From Tricharina praecox (Eukaryota): a stretch of DNA of 64,000 nt. Positions 1 through 12,783 of the stretch are shown here, one piece after another. The notes under the pieces were generated by a model. It worked only from the letters and a program-made list of their open reading frames with translations. It made no database searches and was not told where the DNA came from. The translations under genes and the position numbers were made by a program. The stretch is taken from the NCBI RefSeq assembly GCF_024521635.1, contig NW_026250418.1, positions 434,001 through 498,000 on the forward strand, in the 5' to 3' direction. Positions within the stretch are counted from its first letter, which is position 1. Each line of letters starts with the position of its first letter.

Positions 1-217
1 TGACGGCGAGCGTGGATTTTCCTACGCCGCCCTTGGCGCTGGACACGGCGATGATCTTGGAGATCCCCGGGAGGCGCCGGGGCTTGGGCGGTGCGTGTTG
101 CGCCCGCGGGAAGAATTTGGGGCCCGACGAGGAGTGCGGGAGGCCGAGCGGGTTTTCGTGGTGGGAGACGGCGGAGGTGGTGAAGCGCCGGAGCGCGGAG
201 AGGTGGGGAGGCCGCAT
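1..217 (-). CDS. IND1: Mitochondrial Fe-S assembly P-loop NTPase Ind1/NUBPL (Mrp/NBP35 family), N-terminal part, runs off the window edge
   Basis: Manual translation from ATG at 217: MRPPHLSALRRFTTSAVSHHENPLGLP...RRLPGISKIIAVSSAKGGVGKSTLAV. Presequence-like start, ENPLGL motif and deviant Walker A (KGGVGKST). Not in the ORF track. Confidence 0.9.
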   Translation of the reverse strand, partial: MRPPHLSALRRFTTSAVSHHENPLGLPHSSSGPKFFPRAQHAPPKPRRLPGISKIIAVSSAKGGVGKSTLAV

Positions 218-493
218 TTTAGTGGGGCAGGTGGTGGGACGGACAGTGGTGGGGTTGTGGCCGGCTGAGGTGACGTATAGACAATCGGGATGAGCCTATG
301 CAGGTTATTCCGCAAGCTGATCGATGCTGCAGAACCGGCGACAACTTGCATGGGAGGGATCATCGGAACCCCACAAAAGTAGTCTATATACTCTACATAC
401 ACCCCCGCATTTAGCGTTCATCCCATCTGACATCCGCAACCATATCTCCATCCCCCCACCATCTTCCACCACGACCACCCAGCGATAATCACA

Positions 494-1598
494 ATGTCTG
501 AAGAACTCTCCACCCAACCCGTAACTACCCCACTTTTACCTGCCCGTAGCTCTGCGTATCTAACCCCCACCTTCAGCCGCCGCCGCCCATGCCCGAGTAC
601 GAAGACCTCGACGACTTTGCGCAAACGCGCGGCGCCGACGATCTCTTCGAGTCCGAGATCCAGCCTATCGCGCACCCATCACCGCCACCCCCGTCCGCGC
701 CCTCGGCACCCCGTAACCCACGGCACCCACACACGCCCGCGGCCACCAGCGCCGAGCGCACGCTCTCCGGCGGCATCAAAAAGCCAAAACTTACGGAGGA
801 TGAGCTCGCCGCGCGAATGGAGCGCGTGCGACTTAATAATGCACGGCTGACGGAGCGCGCACAAAAGGCGGCGGACGATCAGACGTCGTATCAGGTGCTG
901 GAGGAGCAGAGGAAGACGCAGGATTCGGCGAGGCGCGCGAGGGAGGGCAGGATGAGGGTCGAGGAGATGAAGAATCGGAAGGAGATTGAGTATGCATCAC
1001 CGCTCTATGGGAGGTGGAAAGTGTGCAGGCTAATATGTGGGGCAACAGTGATGAACGAGAGCGGAACCGTGCGCGGAAGATGAAGGCTGTTCAAACGAGG
1101 GAGTGGGATAGCGAGAAGAAGGAGGAGGACTATAACCCGCGTGGACCAGGCTCGCAGTTCCGTCGTGGTGTGAACGGAGGAATCACCCCCGCCCCAGAAT
1201 CATCTGCGCATGGCAACAACTGGGATTCAAGAAGGAACGACGAGAGCCGCCCTCGTGGCAGCTATGAATCCCGCGGTAGCTATGATTCCCGCGGTGGCCG
1301 CGGTGGCCGCGGTGGTAGAGGAGGCAGAGAGGGACGAGGGGGGAGAGGTGATCTTTTTTCTTCCGCCTACGCACCCACCGACGCCGACACCAAACAATCC
1401 GCCGCGCCAGCTGCTGCGACAGCGAAACCAACGCCACCAGTCGAAGATAAAAGCCAGTGGCCAGACCTCCCCGGGACTACCGACAAGGAGAAGAAGATTA
1501 TTGCTGCGTTGCCGATGGCTTCGCCTGCACTGGGGTCCTGGGCGGATCAGGTTGAGGCCGGTAGTCCGGCCACTCCTACTGCTGCGCCGGGATCGTGA
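494..1598 (+). CDS. Hypothetical protein with coiled-coil and RGG-rich region (3 exons: 494-520, 577-989, 1049-1598)
   Basis: Introns 521-576 (gtaact..ctaac..cag) and 990-1048 (gtatgc..ctaat..cag) join the ORFs in frame; ERERNRARKMKAVQTREWD and RGGRGG repeats. Confidence 0.8.
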
Positions 1599-1968
1599 TT
1601 GTGACGTGAATGGGTAATGTTTGTTATGGATTGTATGTACGGTGGTAGGGGAGTTCAGGGTCGGTTGTTTTTCTTGTTGCTGCTCTTATTGCTGCTCTTG
1701 CATTGATGATGACATCTTTGTACTGGATTTGAATGGTATGGTCAGTTGTTTTCCTTTGAGAGCGAGTAACGGATTTCCCATTTGGAGTAATACAGGTGCC
1801 CTTTCTCTCTGAATGTTCCTCGTGAGCTCTGTCATCCTTCTTATTAGGGCGGCTGGGTATGTACCAACCGACGTCAGGAAACCGCGGGTCGTTACAGCTA
1901 TAATACAGTAGAAGATGGCGTTAAAAATGAAGGTGCTGGTGGGTACAGTCTGACCTGACGCCGTTCCT

Positions 1969-3151
1969 TCACCAGCCGCCTCCACCACCACCACGGTATC
2001 CACCGCCTCCACCTCTCCTCTCGTAGCCACCACCACCACCTCCCCTTTCATAACCACCTCCGCCACCTCTTCCACCCCAATCACCACCACCTCGACCACG
2101 GTATCCACCTCCTCCCCTGCCTCTGTAACCACCTCCGCCTCTGCCCTCTCCGCGGTAACCCCCACGATCGTAACCGCCATCACCATGATGCGACTGCCGG
2201 CCACCATCGTAGTCTCGCGGTGGACCGCCAGGACCGCCCCTAGAACCGGTGTGCAATCCGTGCTCCTCTTGCAGCTTCTTGAGCGTCGACCGCATGTGTG
2301 CGTATCCCAGATGCATCTGTATCCCATCAGTACCCAGCCCTCCAAAACCTAGCACAGCGGTGCAACCATACCTTTCCATAAAAGTGATCTGCCAGTCGTC
2401 GGTCGTTATCCAGTCGCGAAAGATATGCGCCGCAAACATCACACACCTGCAGCTTTTGGTGCCCACTGGGTCCGGCACTATCCGACAACGCCTTTAGCTC
2501 CCTCTACTTGCTGTTAGCGTCCACACCGGCACACCACCGTATAGATGTGTAACATACCTCCTTCGTATCCTTCTCCGCCTTCGCCGCGCGCACTTTGTGA
2601 TACTCCTCAAGCGCCCTTGCGACCTGTCCCTGCTCGCCCAACACCTCCACCTCGAGCAACCCCGTAGAAATACTCCTATCGAAATCGCCAATCATCTTCA
2701 GAAGGGCGTTGGTCCGAGTGATTTCATCCGGCGTTTTGTCGAGTCTTCGCTGGGCCGCGTCGATGCGACGATTGCAGTCATCGATGTACTTGGACAGATC
2801 GCGCGCATAGTCGACTTCGTAGCCGGGGTCGCGTCCCCGCCCTTTGTCTGCTGCGTACTCTTGCTTGTGCGATTCGAGGTGTACCTTTTTGCACGTGCCC
2901 AGGTCCTGTTTGGTGTTTGTGAAGAGGTCGTGGGGGCAGGTGCCGACGAGGAAGGAACGGCACACGTTGGGGTCGGTGTAGTGGCCGCCTGATGTAGAGG
3001 CGTTGGGCGTGCCCATCAACTACGCGGGTTAGACTGGTCGGAAAACGAGGGAACACGGAGATGGTTTACCTGCTCGAGCAGTCGGCGCTGTTCTAGGAAG
3101 CGTCAGTACGACTCAGTGGAAGGAGGAAGAGATTGACATACCAGCGGCCAT
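1969..3151 (-). CDS. LUC7: U1 snRNP splicing factor Luc7 with Gly/Arg-rich (RGG) C-terminal tail
   Basis: Spliced MAAEQRRLLEQLMG; ZnF1 VCRSFLVGTCPHDLFTNTKQDLGTCKKVH; ZnF2 LQVCDVCGAYLSRLDNDRRLADHFYGKMHLGY. First coding exons are 10 nt and 23 nt. Confidence 0.95.
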
Positions 3152-3952
3152 TGCGATGATTGTTAGGGGCTACGCTTGTAATGATATGTTGGTACTGAAG
3201 GTTCTGAGTGGTGATTGTCGTTACGGTGGAGAGTGAGGTGGAATTGGGGCGTGTAGAGGTCAAATTGACGGCGATCAGCTGGGAAAACGCGACGGATAGA
3301 TTCAGGCACGAGGCGGATCCGGGTAACAGCCGAGTGATACCCAGTGCCGGAATCGAGGCTGCCTCGAGCTCCCCGCATACTCTCGCGAATCACATACCTA
3401 GTACTTTGAAGTGTTTTTCTCGTCTATTGGTAATGTGCAATCGTATGGGGTCGAATCCGCAGCCTATACACGGCCCATTCTTCGAGTCCTATCTCATGAG
3501 CTGCATCCTTGCGAGTATCATACGGTTAGATTTATGTTTCACGATTGATACTTGTACTATAGTCTCAGAAGAGAATTACATATGAGAAATCGAAACACTT
3601 TAAAAGAAAACTGTCACGGCCCATTCCTTCTATATATTTGGTTCTTTGTTTGTCGCCATCGTCTGCTTGCCCGAGAGTGAATGCGGCTTACGTGTTGGCT
3701 GCCTCACTGCTCCATTGACGGTCATTAGCGACATCAGAATCGCGCCAAGCTTTTCTACCTTAACGCAACCCGCGTCCTTTCCTTTGTCACGTTTCTCTAT
3801 TTCTGTCTCAGCCCAACCAACATCACCATAATCCACAAATCCTCGACGCCTTCTTTACCTCCCCCATCTCTCGACCCCCCACCCGCCCTCACTCGCCACC
3901 ATCTTTTCTCAGCCCCGCTCTCCCCTCACAACTCAAGACAACTACCAACACC

Positions 3953-4954
3953 ATGCCTCCCCAGATTCACTCGTCGGACGAGGAGAGTGACGACGATGTG
4001 ATCCTCCCAAAAAAGACCGACGTAGCTTCCGACGAGTCCGACGACGAAGTCGCTGCTAAGGACGGAAGCGAAGATGAGGGATCCGACGTGGATGAAGCTG
4101 ACAACCTGTACACGGTCCACTCGATTCTGGATCACAAGTTTGTGGGCTCCGTAAGTAATTATGGTTACGATGTTGCTTGTCGCGTTAACGGTCGCGCACG
4201 CGACGCGTTGCAACCAAGCTAACGAAACATTGATATCTACAGAAGCTTTTCTTCCACGTAAAGTGGGTAGATTATCCTCTCAAGAAAGACTGGACCTGGG
4301 AACCAGAAGAGCACCTCACGTAAGTTTATCCTTCAACCAAACGTTGCAGCTAGTTTTCGTGTGATGCGATGGCTAATGGTTTCACGTGCAGGGGTGGCTC
4401 GGATGTGATCCTACAGGACTATTACAAATCGATCGGTGGACGACCCAAGCAGCAAATGTCGGCGGTGCGTAAGCGTGGCCGTCAGTCCGTCGGAGCGAGC
4501 GCTGCTGGTACTCCTGCCAAATCGGCGAAGAAGCCCAGGACTTCGGTGACAGCCAGCCTTGCTAGCCCGGTTGGTTCCTTCCGCGCGGAGAGCCCCGATG
4601 AAGAGAAGGACACCCGCAAGCAGACCAAGGGCGATAAGTGGAAGCCTCCTGCGGGCAACTGGGAAGATGTCATCTCTCATATCGATACGATCGAGAAGAC
4701 TGATGCCGGTCTGGTCTGCTACGTGCAGTGGTAAGTCGCGGAAGAACGAAGATGAATAATAATTGCGGCTAACGGTGCGGTACCAGGAGCAATGGAAGGA
4801 AGTCACAACACGATGTCTCGGTCGTCTACAAGAAGTGTCCTCAGAGGGTATGCCTACCCACCCACCACATCAATTCACTACTAACCTCAATCATCCACAG
4901 ATGTTGACCTTCTACGAGCAGCACCTTGTCTTCAAAGAGACAGGAATGTTGTAA
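3953..4954 (+). CDS. swi6: Heterochromatin protein 1 / Swi6 (chromodomain + chromoshadow domain), 5 exons
   Basis: Acidic N-terminus; chromodomain YTVHSILDHK...FHVKWVDY...WTWEPEEHL; basic hinge; chromoshadow WEDVISHIDTIE...CYVQW...KCPQRMLTFYEQHLVF. Confidence 0.92.
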
Positions 4955-5750
4955 CGAATGATCCACGACGTCCGAGGAAATGAGATGGTGGGATAGTGTT
5001 ACGCAACTGTTCACGCTTCACTTTTTCACGACTGTATGCTCTTTTACACCTTTGTCTTTTCATGTCCATCCGTCTTTCTTGTACCACCAATTTCTTCATG
5101 TCGCGGTTCTCTTGTGGGTTTAGGTCTATTTTTCCTTCCTTTTTCTCAATGGGGGTGTTTACATACGGGAAAGGGGGTGCAGTTGGGGGCTCATGACAAG
5201 GAGAACGGGAGTCAATTTGTGTTTTAGTTTCTTCTTCCTGTTACTCGCCTGTATCTACTTTGTTTCTCGCCATCTTTTGCGTGCAATACCTCCCTTCGTG
5301 CAATGCTTTTTATCGTTAGATACCGGTTAAATTGAGTTCGATTCTTCAGGATATGAGTGGCATCTGTAACCAATCGCTGCTGTATGGAGGTTAGGTGGAT
5401 CACCTGTCCACCTACCTACTCCAAATCCAGGGTATGGTAGTCATTGACGCGGAGCGATGGTTTGAAATCCCCACGGTCGCGCCACTCGATCGGGACCACG
5501 GCACTGTACAGTATGGTAAGGACAGATGGTATCAATCTCAGCCCGTCCCTTCTGCTCTCGTCCCTGAGCATCGACGCAGTAAAGATTTGAGCCCACGCCA
5601 CAACGATCATTATGTTCTATGATTTACAACCAGCCCTTGATGACAAAAGCAAACACGCGGATATCCCCCAAGCAAGCAAGCTACGAAACCCGACAAGTAA
5701 AAAGCACACTGGAACCATTTGCACGCCGCGTTTTCATTTCGTTCGTTCAT

Positions 5751-6337
5751 TTACGCCATGTACTTGAACGCGCCGAATCCTATAATGATCGACAGGACGA
5801 TGAAAGCGTAGATCGCACTGTTTTTCACACATGGGGGACACGTCAGCACGTGCACTGCACAGGAAGGAGATGTGGAAGTGGAAGGGGGGTCACTGACGTT
5901 CCGGCATCGGCGGAGGAAGTGTTGGCCGCCTGCGAACCGGAAGCGGACAGCTTGGGCTTCGGGTCGCCGGGGGTGCGCTTGAGAGTTCCCACCAACAGTC
6001 CAGCGAGGATTTCGCGAGCCTCGTCACTGTGACCAACGTCCTCGAAACTGTCGGTAGCGTCGAGTCCTCCGACGTCCATCAGGACTTCTTCTCCTCCACT
6101 GCGAAGGTGTCAGTAAGGCATGGTCAGGTGGGTCACGAGGAAGGAGACGTACGGGTGCTCGTCAACAAAGCCGGAACACTGGTAGACCTTGTCGTGGATA
6201 ACCATAAGGAGATCCTGTTGCGGTTGTTAGCATTGCCGGGGATGGGAAGGGGATCGGGAGAAGCGGGATCGGGAACAAACCTTCTTAATGTTGTGAGACT
6301 TGATGTCATCGTACGAGTACTCCTTGAGTTCCGACAT
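5751..6337 (-). CDS. CYB5: Cytochrome b5, tail-anchored (4 exons)
   Basis: [16 protein letters not shown]...IHDKVY...EHPGGEEVL...[19 protein letters not shown]-terminal [23 protein letters not shown]. Confidence 0.95.
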
Positions 6338-8587
6338 GTTGTTTTGGATCGTGGGTTTTTTGGTTTTATGGTGGGTTATCGCGAAGTGAGGTACGAAGTG
6401 AGTGTTGGGTGGTGAGCGAAGGTGTTGTGTCGCGGGTTGGTTAGGTGGTGGAGAGAAAAGAAAGTTGACAGATAGAAGGAAGGGATGGATCAGAGAACGA
6501 ACTTATGGAACTACCTTAACTTCTCTAGCCCCGAGGGAAGGTACGGTGCCACCCCTGCAGCCGCGAAAGCTGCGTCGGGTAATGGATGTTTTTTTTCCAA
6601 GCTGGGTGATTGGAGGGTGGGGTAGTGCCGAGTGTGGTCGATAATCTGTCCCCTACGAGCAGCACTCCACCGGTATTCCCCGGAGACTTTTGACCATGTA
6701 GTTAACTCGGGTTGCGCTCCTTCCGGCTTGGTCTCGAGATCGTTGACATAAACTCTGGGCTCTCTGGGCTGTAACAGATTGACTCTCATCGGGCTCCTCG
6801 CTCTACAATCGCAACGGCCGAGACTTCGGAAATCACTGAAAGCTGAAGACACGTGGCAAACACCAACCTCGATGTCAGCGATCCCGTCAGCGAGTGACCT
6901 CTAAAGCACCATACCCTGTTTACGGTGCGGATGCAAGCCTGGATTATCTGCAATAGCGGGGAATGTTCCGTCTCGCGGCTGGGGATCTGGAAGGAGAATT
7001 TGCAGCCGTGATCCTCCCCGCGTTTTCCGGGCGTGGTGGTGGGGGTTAGTTAGCCGGATATTCACATGCGGAAGGGAGAAGCTGGCTGGCCTGTAAGTAC
7101 CCGGCAGCTTGTAACCGGGTACCCTAAGAGTAGGAGTGAGATTCGCTTGGACGAGCCATAGAGGTATTGCGAGTATGTACCCTGGCAGGAGTATTTCGCG
7201 AAAGTGAGTTGGTGGACGAGTCGACTGGAGACGAGTGATAGTGCGTGACAAGACACGAGGCTTACGGCCGAATATCGAGGCTGAGCTTGGCCGAGGAGTA
7301 CCGGTGCATTGTGATCCAGACAGTACTCCGTTTCTATTTTAAGCGATTACCATTGGCTGTTGAACGGAAAATATACTGTAATGTCACTTTTTGCAGTAAT
7401 CCGGTATTCGGGATTCGGGATTCGGTATGTGGAACACCCACTACCCAACTCTAACTCCGATTCCTCGGCTAGCAACCTCCATCCAAAGGTTCCTAAGATT
7501 GTAGGTGAAGAATATTGGTTGGATCTTTGAAGTAAGTAATATAGATGGTAAATATAGAGGGTGGTTAAACAGAAATCCCGGCGGAACTGTAAAGCACCGG
7601 TACATACGACAGCCCAACACTACAAGACTATACAAGCGGTCCAATACTGCGGGTCAGTGCTCTATTTCTACTTGGTCGAATATACTGCCTGTTCCAATCA
7701 TACAGCTCCTGAGCAACCAATAATCTAAACTTCTCGTTCCTTCGTACCTCTCACCTACAATTTTCAACTCCGAGCTTGGAACCGAAGGTGATAGAACACT
7801 GTCACCACCCATATCTCCTCTCCGTTAGATCTGAACGCGTAGAATAAGCTTAAACAAAATAGTCGAACCAGCATACAATCGGAGCCTGAAAATCCTCCGG
7901 GCATCCCTGCCGGTGGCGGCGCGGGAATGTAGCGTTGCCGAAAGTCTGGACCGATATGGTTGATTGAAGATGGCTCGGTGGTAGGTGCGGTGGACTAAAG
8001 CTCGGCTTCAATGTTGAAAATAGCGAGCGGTGTCGGCCATGGGGGCTTGGGAAGTTGGGAGGAAATAGAGGGAAACGAGGACGAGTGATGGACTGTGGAC
8101 AATGCTTGAAGATAGGTTATTTGTAGGTGATGTCCGTGCAACTGGTATATGAGGCTGATTAACTGTGCAGCATGGGTAAATTGAGACAGCTGATTGCATA
8201 CTGCTGACCATAGTCCTCGAGAAGAAGTACTCTACATAGAGCGAGCTGCATAATACTGGTCATAGTGAATCAGCAGAGTCTCATGCAACTGTTTCGGAAA
8301 CCACCCCGCCGCGTCTTCGGAGTCTTCCGAAGCTTGATCAGATTTAGACAAGGCGTTTGGGCTCTTTGATACCTTATGTTTCCCCAGTACAGCCACATGA
8401 CAACTGCGCCGCTTGCACCGCCACTCACTACCCCTGTCCTCCCAAGCTTCTGTGTTCCAGGAAACTGCCACGATAGATCCGTCCACCACCAACCAACACG
8501 CGGGCATCACCACAGCCAACAACCTCCTTTCAGCGAGTCGACCCCGCACAAACAAACACACCCCTTTCAACTCACTACCCTTTCTCC

Positions 8588-10268
8588 ATGTCGCGACGAT
8601 TGAATCCAGCCGCAGACAAGACGGCCGCAAACCAGGCCGTCATCAAGAACCTCCTAAAGTTGCCGGCGAACCGGGTCTGCGCTGACTGTAAACGCAATAA
8701 GCTGCCACGATGGGCGAGCTGGAACTTGGGGATCTTTATCTGCATCAGGTGAGTGGTGGTGGTGGGAGATCGGGAGGTTTAGGTGAAGCTTTCGGACTGA
8801 CGGATCGATAGATGTTCGGGAATACATCGTGGGATGGGAACGCACATCAGCAAGGTTAAGTCAGTGGACTTGGATACTTGGACGGACGAGCAGGTGCAGA
8901 GTGTGGTCAAGTGGGGAAACACTCGCGCGAACAAGTGAGTTGATGGGTGCTGCGTTTATGAATTGAGTCGGGACTGACGTGTGGATAGGTACTGGGAAGC
9001 CAACCTCGCACCGGGACATGTTCCCTCAGAAGCGTATGTAGTCGCTAGCTGCGATGTATGGATGCGATGGCGCTGACGGAGGAACAGGAAGATTGAAAAT
9101 TTCATTCGGACCAAATACGAATCCAAGCGCTGGGTGATGGAAGGAGGCATGCCCGACCCATCGACGCTGGAGGACTCTGACGATGACAATGTGGTGAGAC
9201 TAGATATCCGCCCTTTGAAGATATGGCTAATTGAATATGTAGCCTCTGAAGCAGGTGCAGGAGAAGCTCGAGAGGAAGTCATCGGCGGCGGCAGCTGTTG
9301 CGGCAGCCACTGCCCCGCTTGCCCGTCCTCAGCAGCAGCAGTCGCCGCTCGACACTCTCATCGACGACCAGCCCGCCGGAAGGTCCTCCCCGATGCCGAG
9401 ATCGCCCCCGAAGCCGAAGCAGCCCGATACCAACTCGCTGCTGGGTCTTGATATCTTCGGCACCGCGCCGGCCCCTTCGCCGCGACCTTCGTCTGTGAAC
9501 TCGGACCCGGGCAAGATGAGTTCCTCTCGCCCCGACCTCAACAGATCGATTCTCTCGCTGTACGCATCTTCTCCGAAGCCGCAGCAACCCAAGATGCAAA
9601 GTCCCACCATGGGCAACTTCGGATCACCCCTGCAGACATCCATGATGCCGCCGCCACAACAGCAGCAGCAGTCCGCATATGGCGACCTGAACAGCTCCTT
9701 CAGCGGTCTGAACTTCAGCGCGACGGATGCACCCCCCGCCGCACCCCCCAAGCCATCTCCTTTTGCCAACCTCACCGCTAGCATGAAGAAGACCGCAGCT
9801 GCACCACAGCTATCCAAGCCCGCATCCGGTGGCTTTTTCACCCCCGCACCGGCAAAGCCCTCTCCCGTTAGCGCATCCTCCGGTCTGGAAGGCCTCTTTG
9901 ATTTCGGGGCCTCCGCAGCTCCCCAAGCACAGGCACCCGTCGCGCCCGTCGCCTTGAATAACGGCTTCAGCTCGCTGTCCTTCGATGCCGACGCATGGGT
10001 AACCCCCGCCGCCACCACGTCCGCAGCCGCCAACAGCAGCAACGCCTGGGGAACCCCCTCACTGTCCTCCAACTCCTCAGCGAACGCTTGGGGCTCGTCC
10101 GCGCCAGTTTCGAGACCCCCCGTTCAGCAGTCGTACGTGAGTACCACCGACGACGACTGGGGAAACTTTAGCTCTGGAACTACCACTACTGCTCCAGTCG
10201 CCCCAGTCAAGGTCACCCCTGGGGCTTCGGGACTCGACGATGATCTGTTTGGGAACGTGTGGAAGTAG
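8588..10268 (+). CDS. AGE2: ArfGAP, Age2/SMAP-like, with long low-complexity C-terminus
   Basis: [48 protein letters not shown] zinc finger; [14 protein letters not shown]-terminal [10 protein letters not shown]. Confidence 0.92.
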
Positions 10269-10790
10269 ATTGTGCAGAACGAGGTCCTTTGTTTCTTGAA
10301 AATAGTTTTTCCTTTTCTTCTCATTTTCTTCCCATTTTCTCATTCTTCTTGTGTATTAATTCGAGGTGCTGGCTGAGGTTTCTTTCTTCTTTCTTCTTTC
10401 TGCTTTCGTTCCTTTTTCCTTTTACTTGGCGATGCATGATGCGGATGCTATGAGGATGAAATACCTGCTACTGGATATAAGACTGTCATTCATTTGGGGG
10501 TATCGTCATCTTATTCTTATTTACTCCTTCTTCTATCTACATACTTTACTCTAATGCTGCTACACTCCAAGCGTCGTTCCTGTAAATACTTGCGTAAGTA
10601 GGTGTGTCTCGTGTCAACCCATCACCGAGCTCTTTCAAGTTATCTACAGCTCCCATCCAAAAAGCACGGTTAAAGTCTTGGCTTCCTTTCTATGTGCTGT
10701 GCCTGATCACCTCACCCCAGCTCTCCCCCCCAGCTCTCCCCCTCTCCCCCTCCCTTCACCCAGCACAACACAACAAACAAGCAACAGACA

Positions 10791-12160
10791 ATGGACGTAG
10801 CCTACGACCACACGTTCACGGACGACGTCTCCGCCGACGACAAAGGCAAGGGCAAGTCGGTTGCGCCCGCGGCCTCGGCCGAAGAAGAGTCTCTCAACGA
10901 GGAGCTGCAGCAGGCGTACAAGGCGATCTCGAGTTCTCCGTGGGGCGCACGGCTGGGCGCGTTTGTTGGGACTGTCAAGAAACAGGTAACCTTTTTTTAT
11001 ACCAATCTCGAGCGGAGCGAGGGCTGATGGAGGCAGGGCGAGAGCTACTACGATGCCGCCCGCAAAGAGTACCCCACCGCCGTCAAGGGCTTCGGCGACC
11101 TGCGGACGAACCTGGTGGCGCGCACGCGCGCCCTGAGCTTGTCGACCCCGCAACACGAGGGCGCGGAGAAGGGTGAGAGCGCCGGAGCCGCGCCAGGGCT
11201 GCTGGACAAGATCAAGAAGGGCGTGGCGGAGATCGAGGCGGTCGAGGCAAGGGCCGACGAGTACCTTCTCAAGTTTGGGACTAGCATAGGTGGGTTCTTG
11301 CGGGATGCTATCACGATTGCCCCGCCGGTGGCGGCAGAAGGTGAAGGCGGCGAGAAGGGAGAGGTCGTCTTCGAGGCGGCGAAAGAGGGTGGGAAGAAGC
11401 AGATCTTGTGCGTACCTCCCCTCCTCTCCTGTTTGCATGCGTGTGGAGAGGAATGCTGACCGAACCGCGGAATAGCACCACCCGCCTCGACGCGCAACTC
11501 CACCTCCTCCACAGCAACCACGCCCTCTTCAAGACCGACCCGGCGGTAGATAGCTTCGCGCCGTTTGCGGCCTCGTTCTCGGCGGACAAGGAGACGTCGC
11601 GCATCGCGGCGGACCTGGAGAAGTACCCGGAGCTGCGCGCTACCATGGAGGCGCTGGTGCCCGACGAGGTCGAGTACACGCGCTTCTGGATCAGATACTA
11701 TTTCCTCCGCAATGAGCTGGATTTCGAGGAGAAGAAGAGGAAGGAGCTGTTGAAGGGCGCGGCGATCGAGGAGGAAGAGGTCGGCTGGGATGAGGATGAT
11801 TCCGAGGACGAGGAGGACGACGAGGATGAAGAGGAAGATGAGGACGATGAGCAGCAAGCTAAGCCTGTCGCCGAACCCAAAGCTGCCCCAGCTGCCCCAG
11901 TGTTGGCCCCGAAAGCTTCAACCGATACCCTCCAGCCTCAGCCCCAGCCAGAGCCCCAACCCGCAACGAAACCGAAGACTAGCAGCGACAGCGAGGCAAG
12001 CTACGACGTCGTCTCCGGTGCACCCAGCCAGGCTGCGGGTAGCCCACCGCAAAAGGGAAAGGTACTTTACATCCCCTACATCCCCACCTACCCTACGTAC
12101 TGTTCTGATGGAAGATAGCGGAGAGACGAGAGTAGTGACGAGGAGGCGGATTGGGAATAA
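10791..12160 (+). CDS. BSD-domain protein (Dos2-like)
   Basis: MDVAYDH...AYKAISSSPWGARLG; BSD core DLEKYPELRATMEALVPDEVEYTRFWIRYYFLR; EEEVGWDED; last exon RRDESSDEEADWE*. Confidence 0.88.
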
Positions 12161-12783
12161 GCTTACTAGACGAGGCTTGAATGGGGCGTTTGTTTTTGGA
12201 TGGGGGAGGTGAGATTGGAATTACTTGACGATTACCATGAATGGCAACCACGAGACGAATGGAAAGGTGACTGCGTAATATGAGTTGGTTGATGGTACAT
12301 AACTTAGGTTTATCGTCATCACTATTTTTGTTCTTGCGTATTAGTGGCATGGTGATGCGAGTGCTATGGGCCTGGACGGCGTAAAGGAGCTTGGACTGGT
12401 TATTGCGAAGTGCAAATCAAAGGACTCTGATCATGCTGCCTCACTCGCATGATTGTAGTGCCAAAAATTGCCATATGGTCGCTACTGTAATCCCATTTGT
12501 GATGGATGCTTTGGACACACACCACTTCTCCGAGGGCTGTTGCTATACGTTGTTTAATTTCCCCAGATCCAGATTTCTATCCCATCCAGCTCCAGCTTCA
12601 TCTCACGTAAATCTGCTTCCCTTCCCGCTCGCTAATAATACACCCACATCTACCCAGCACAGACGAAAGAAGACCGCCCCCGCCCCAGAACAGCTAGCAA
12701 ACTACAACAGATATTTCTCCTGGTCGGGTATGAAACAACTACAACAACTGAACTATATGCGCCAACAAAACACAAGAACGAAA

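Noticed and set aside
6900..8040. Possible minus-strand gene between CYB5 and AGE2
   Set aside because: An ATG in good context and some splice-like signals exist, but early stops and no coherent model or domain.
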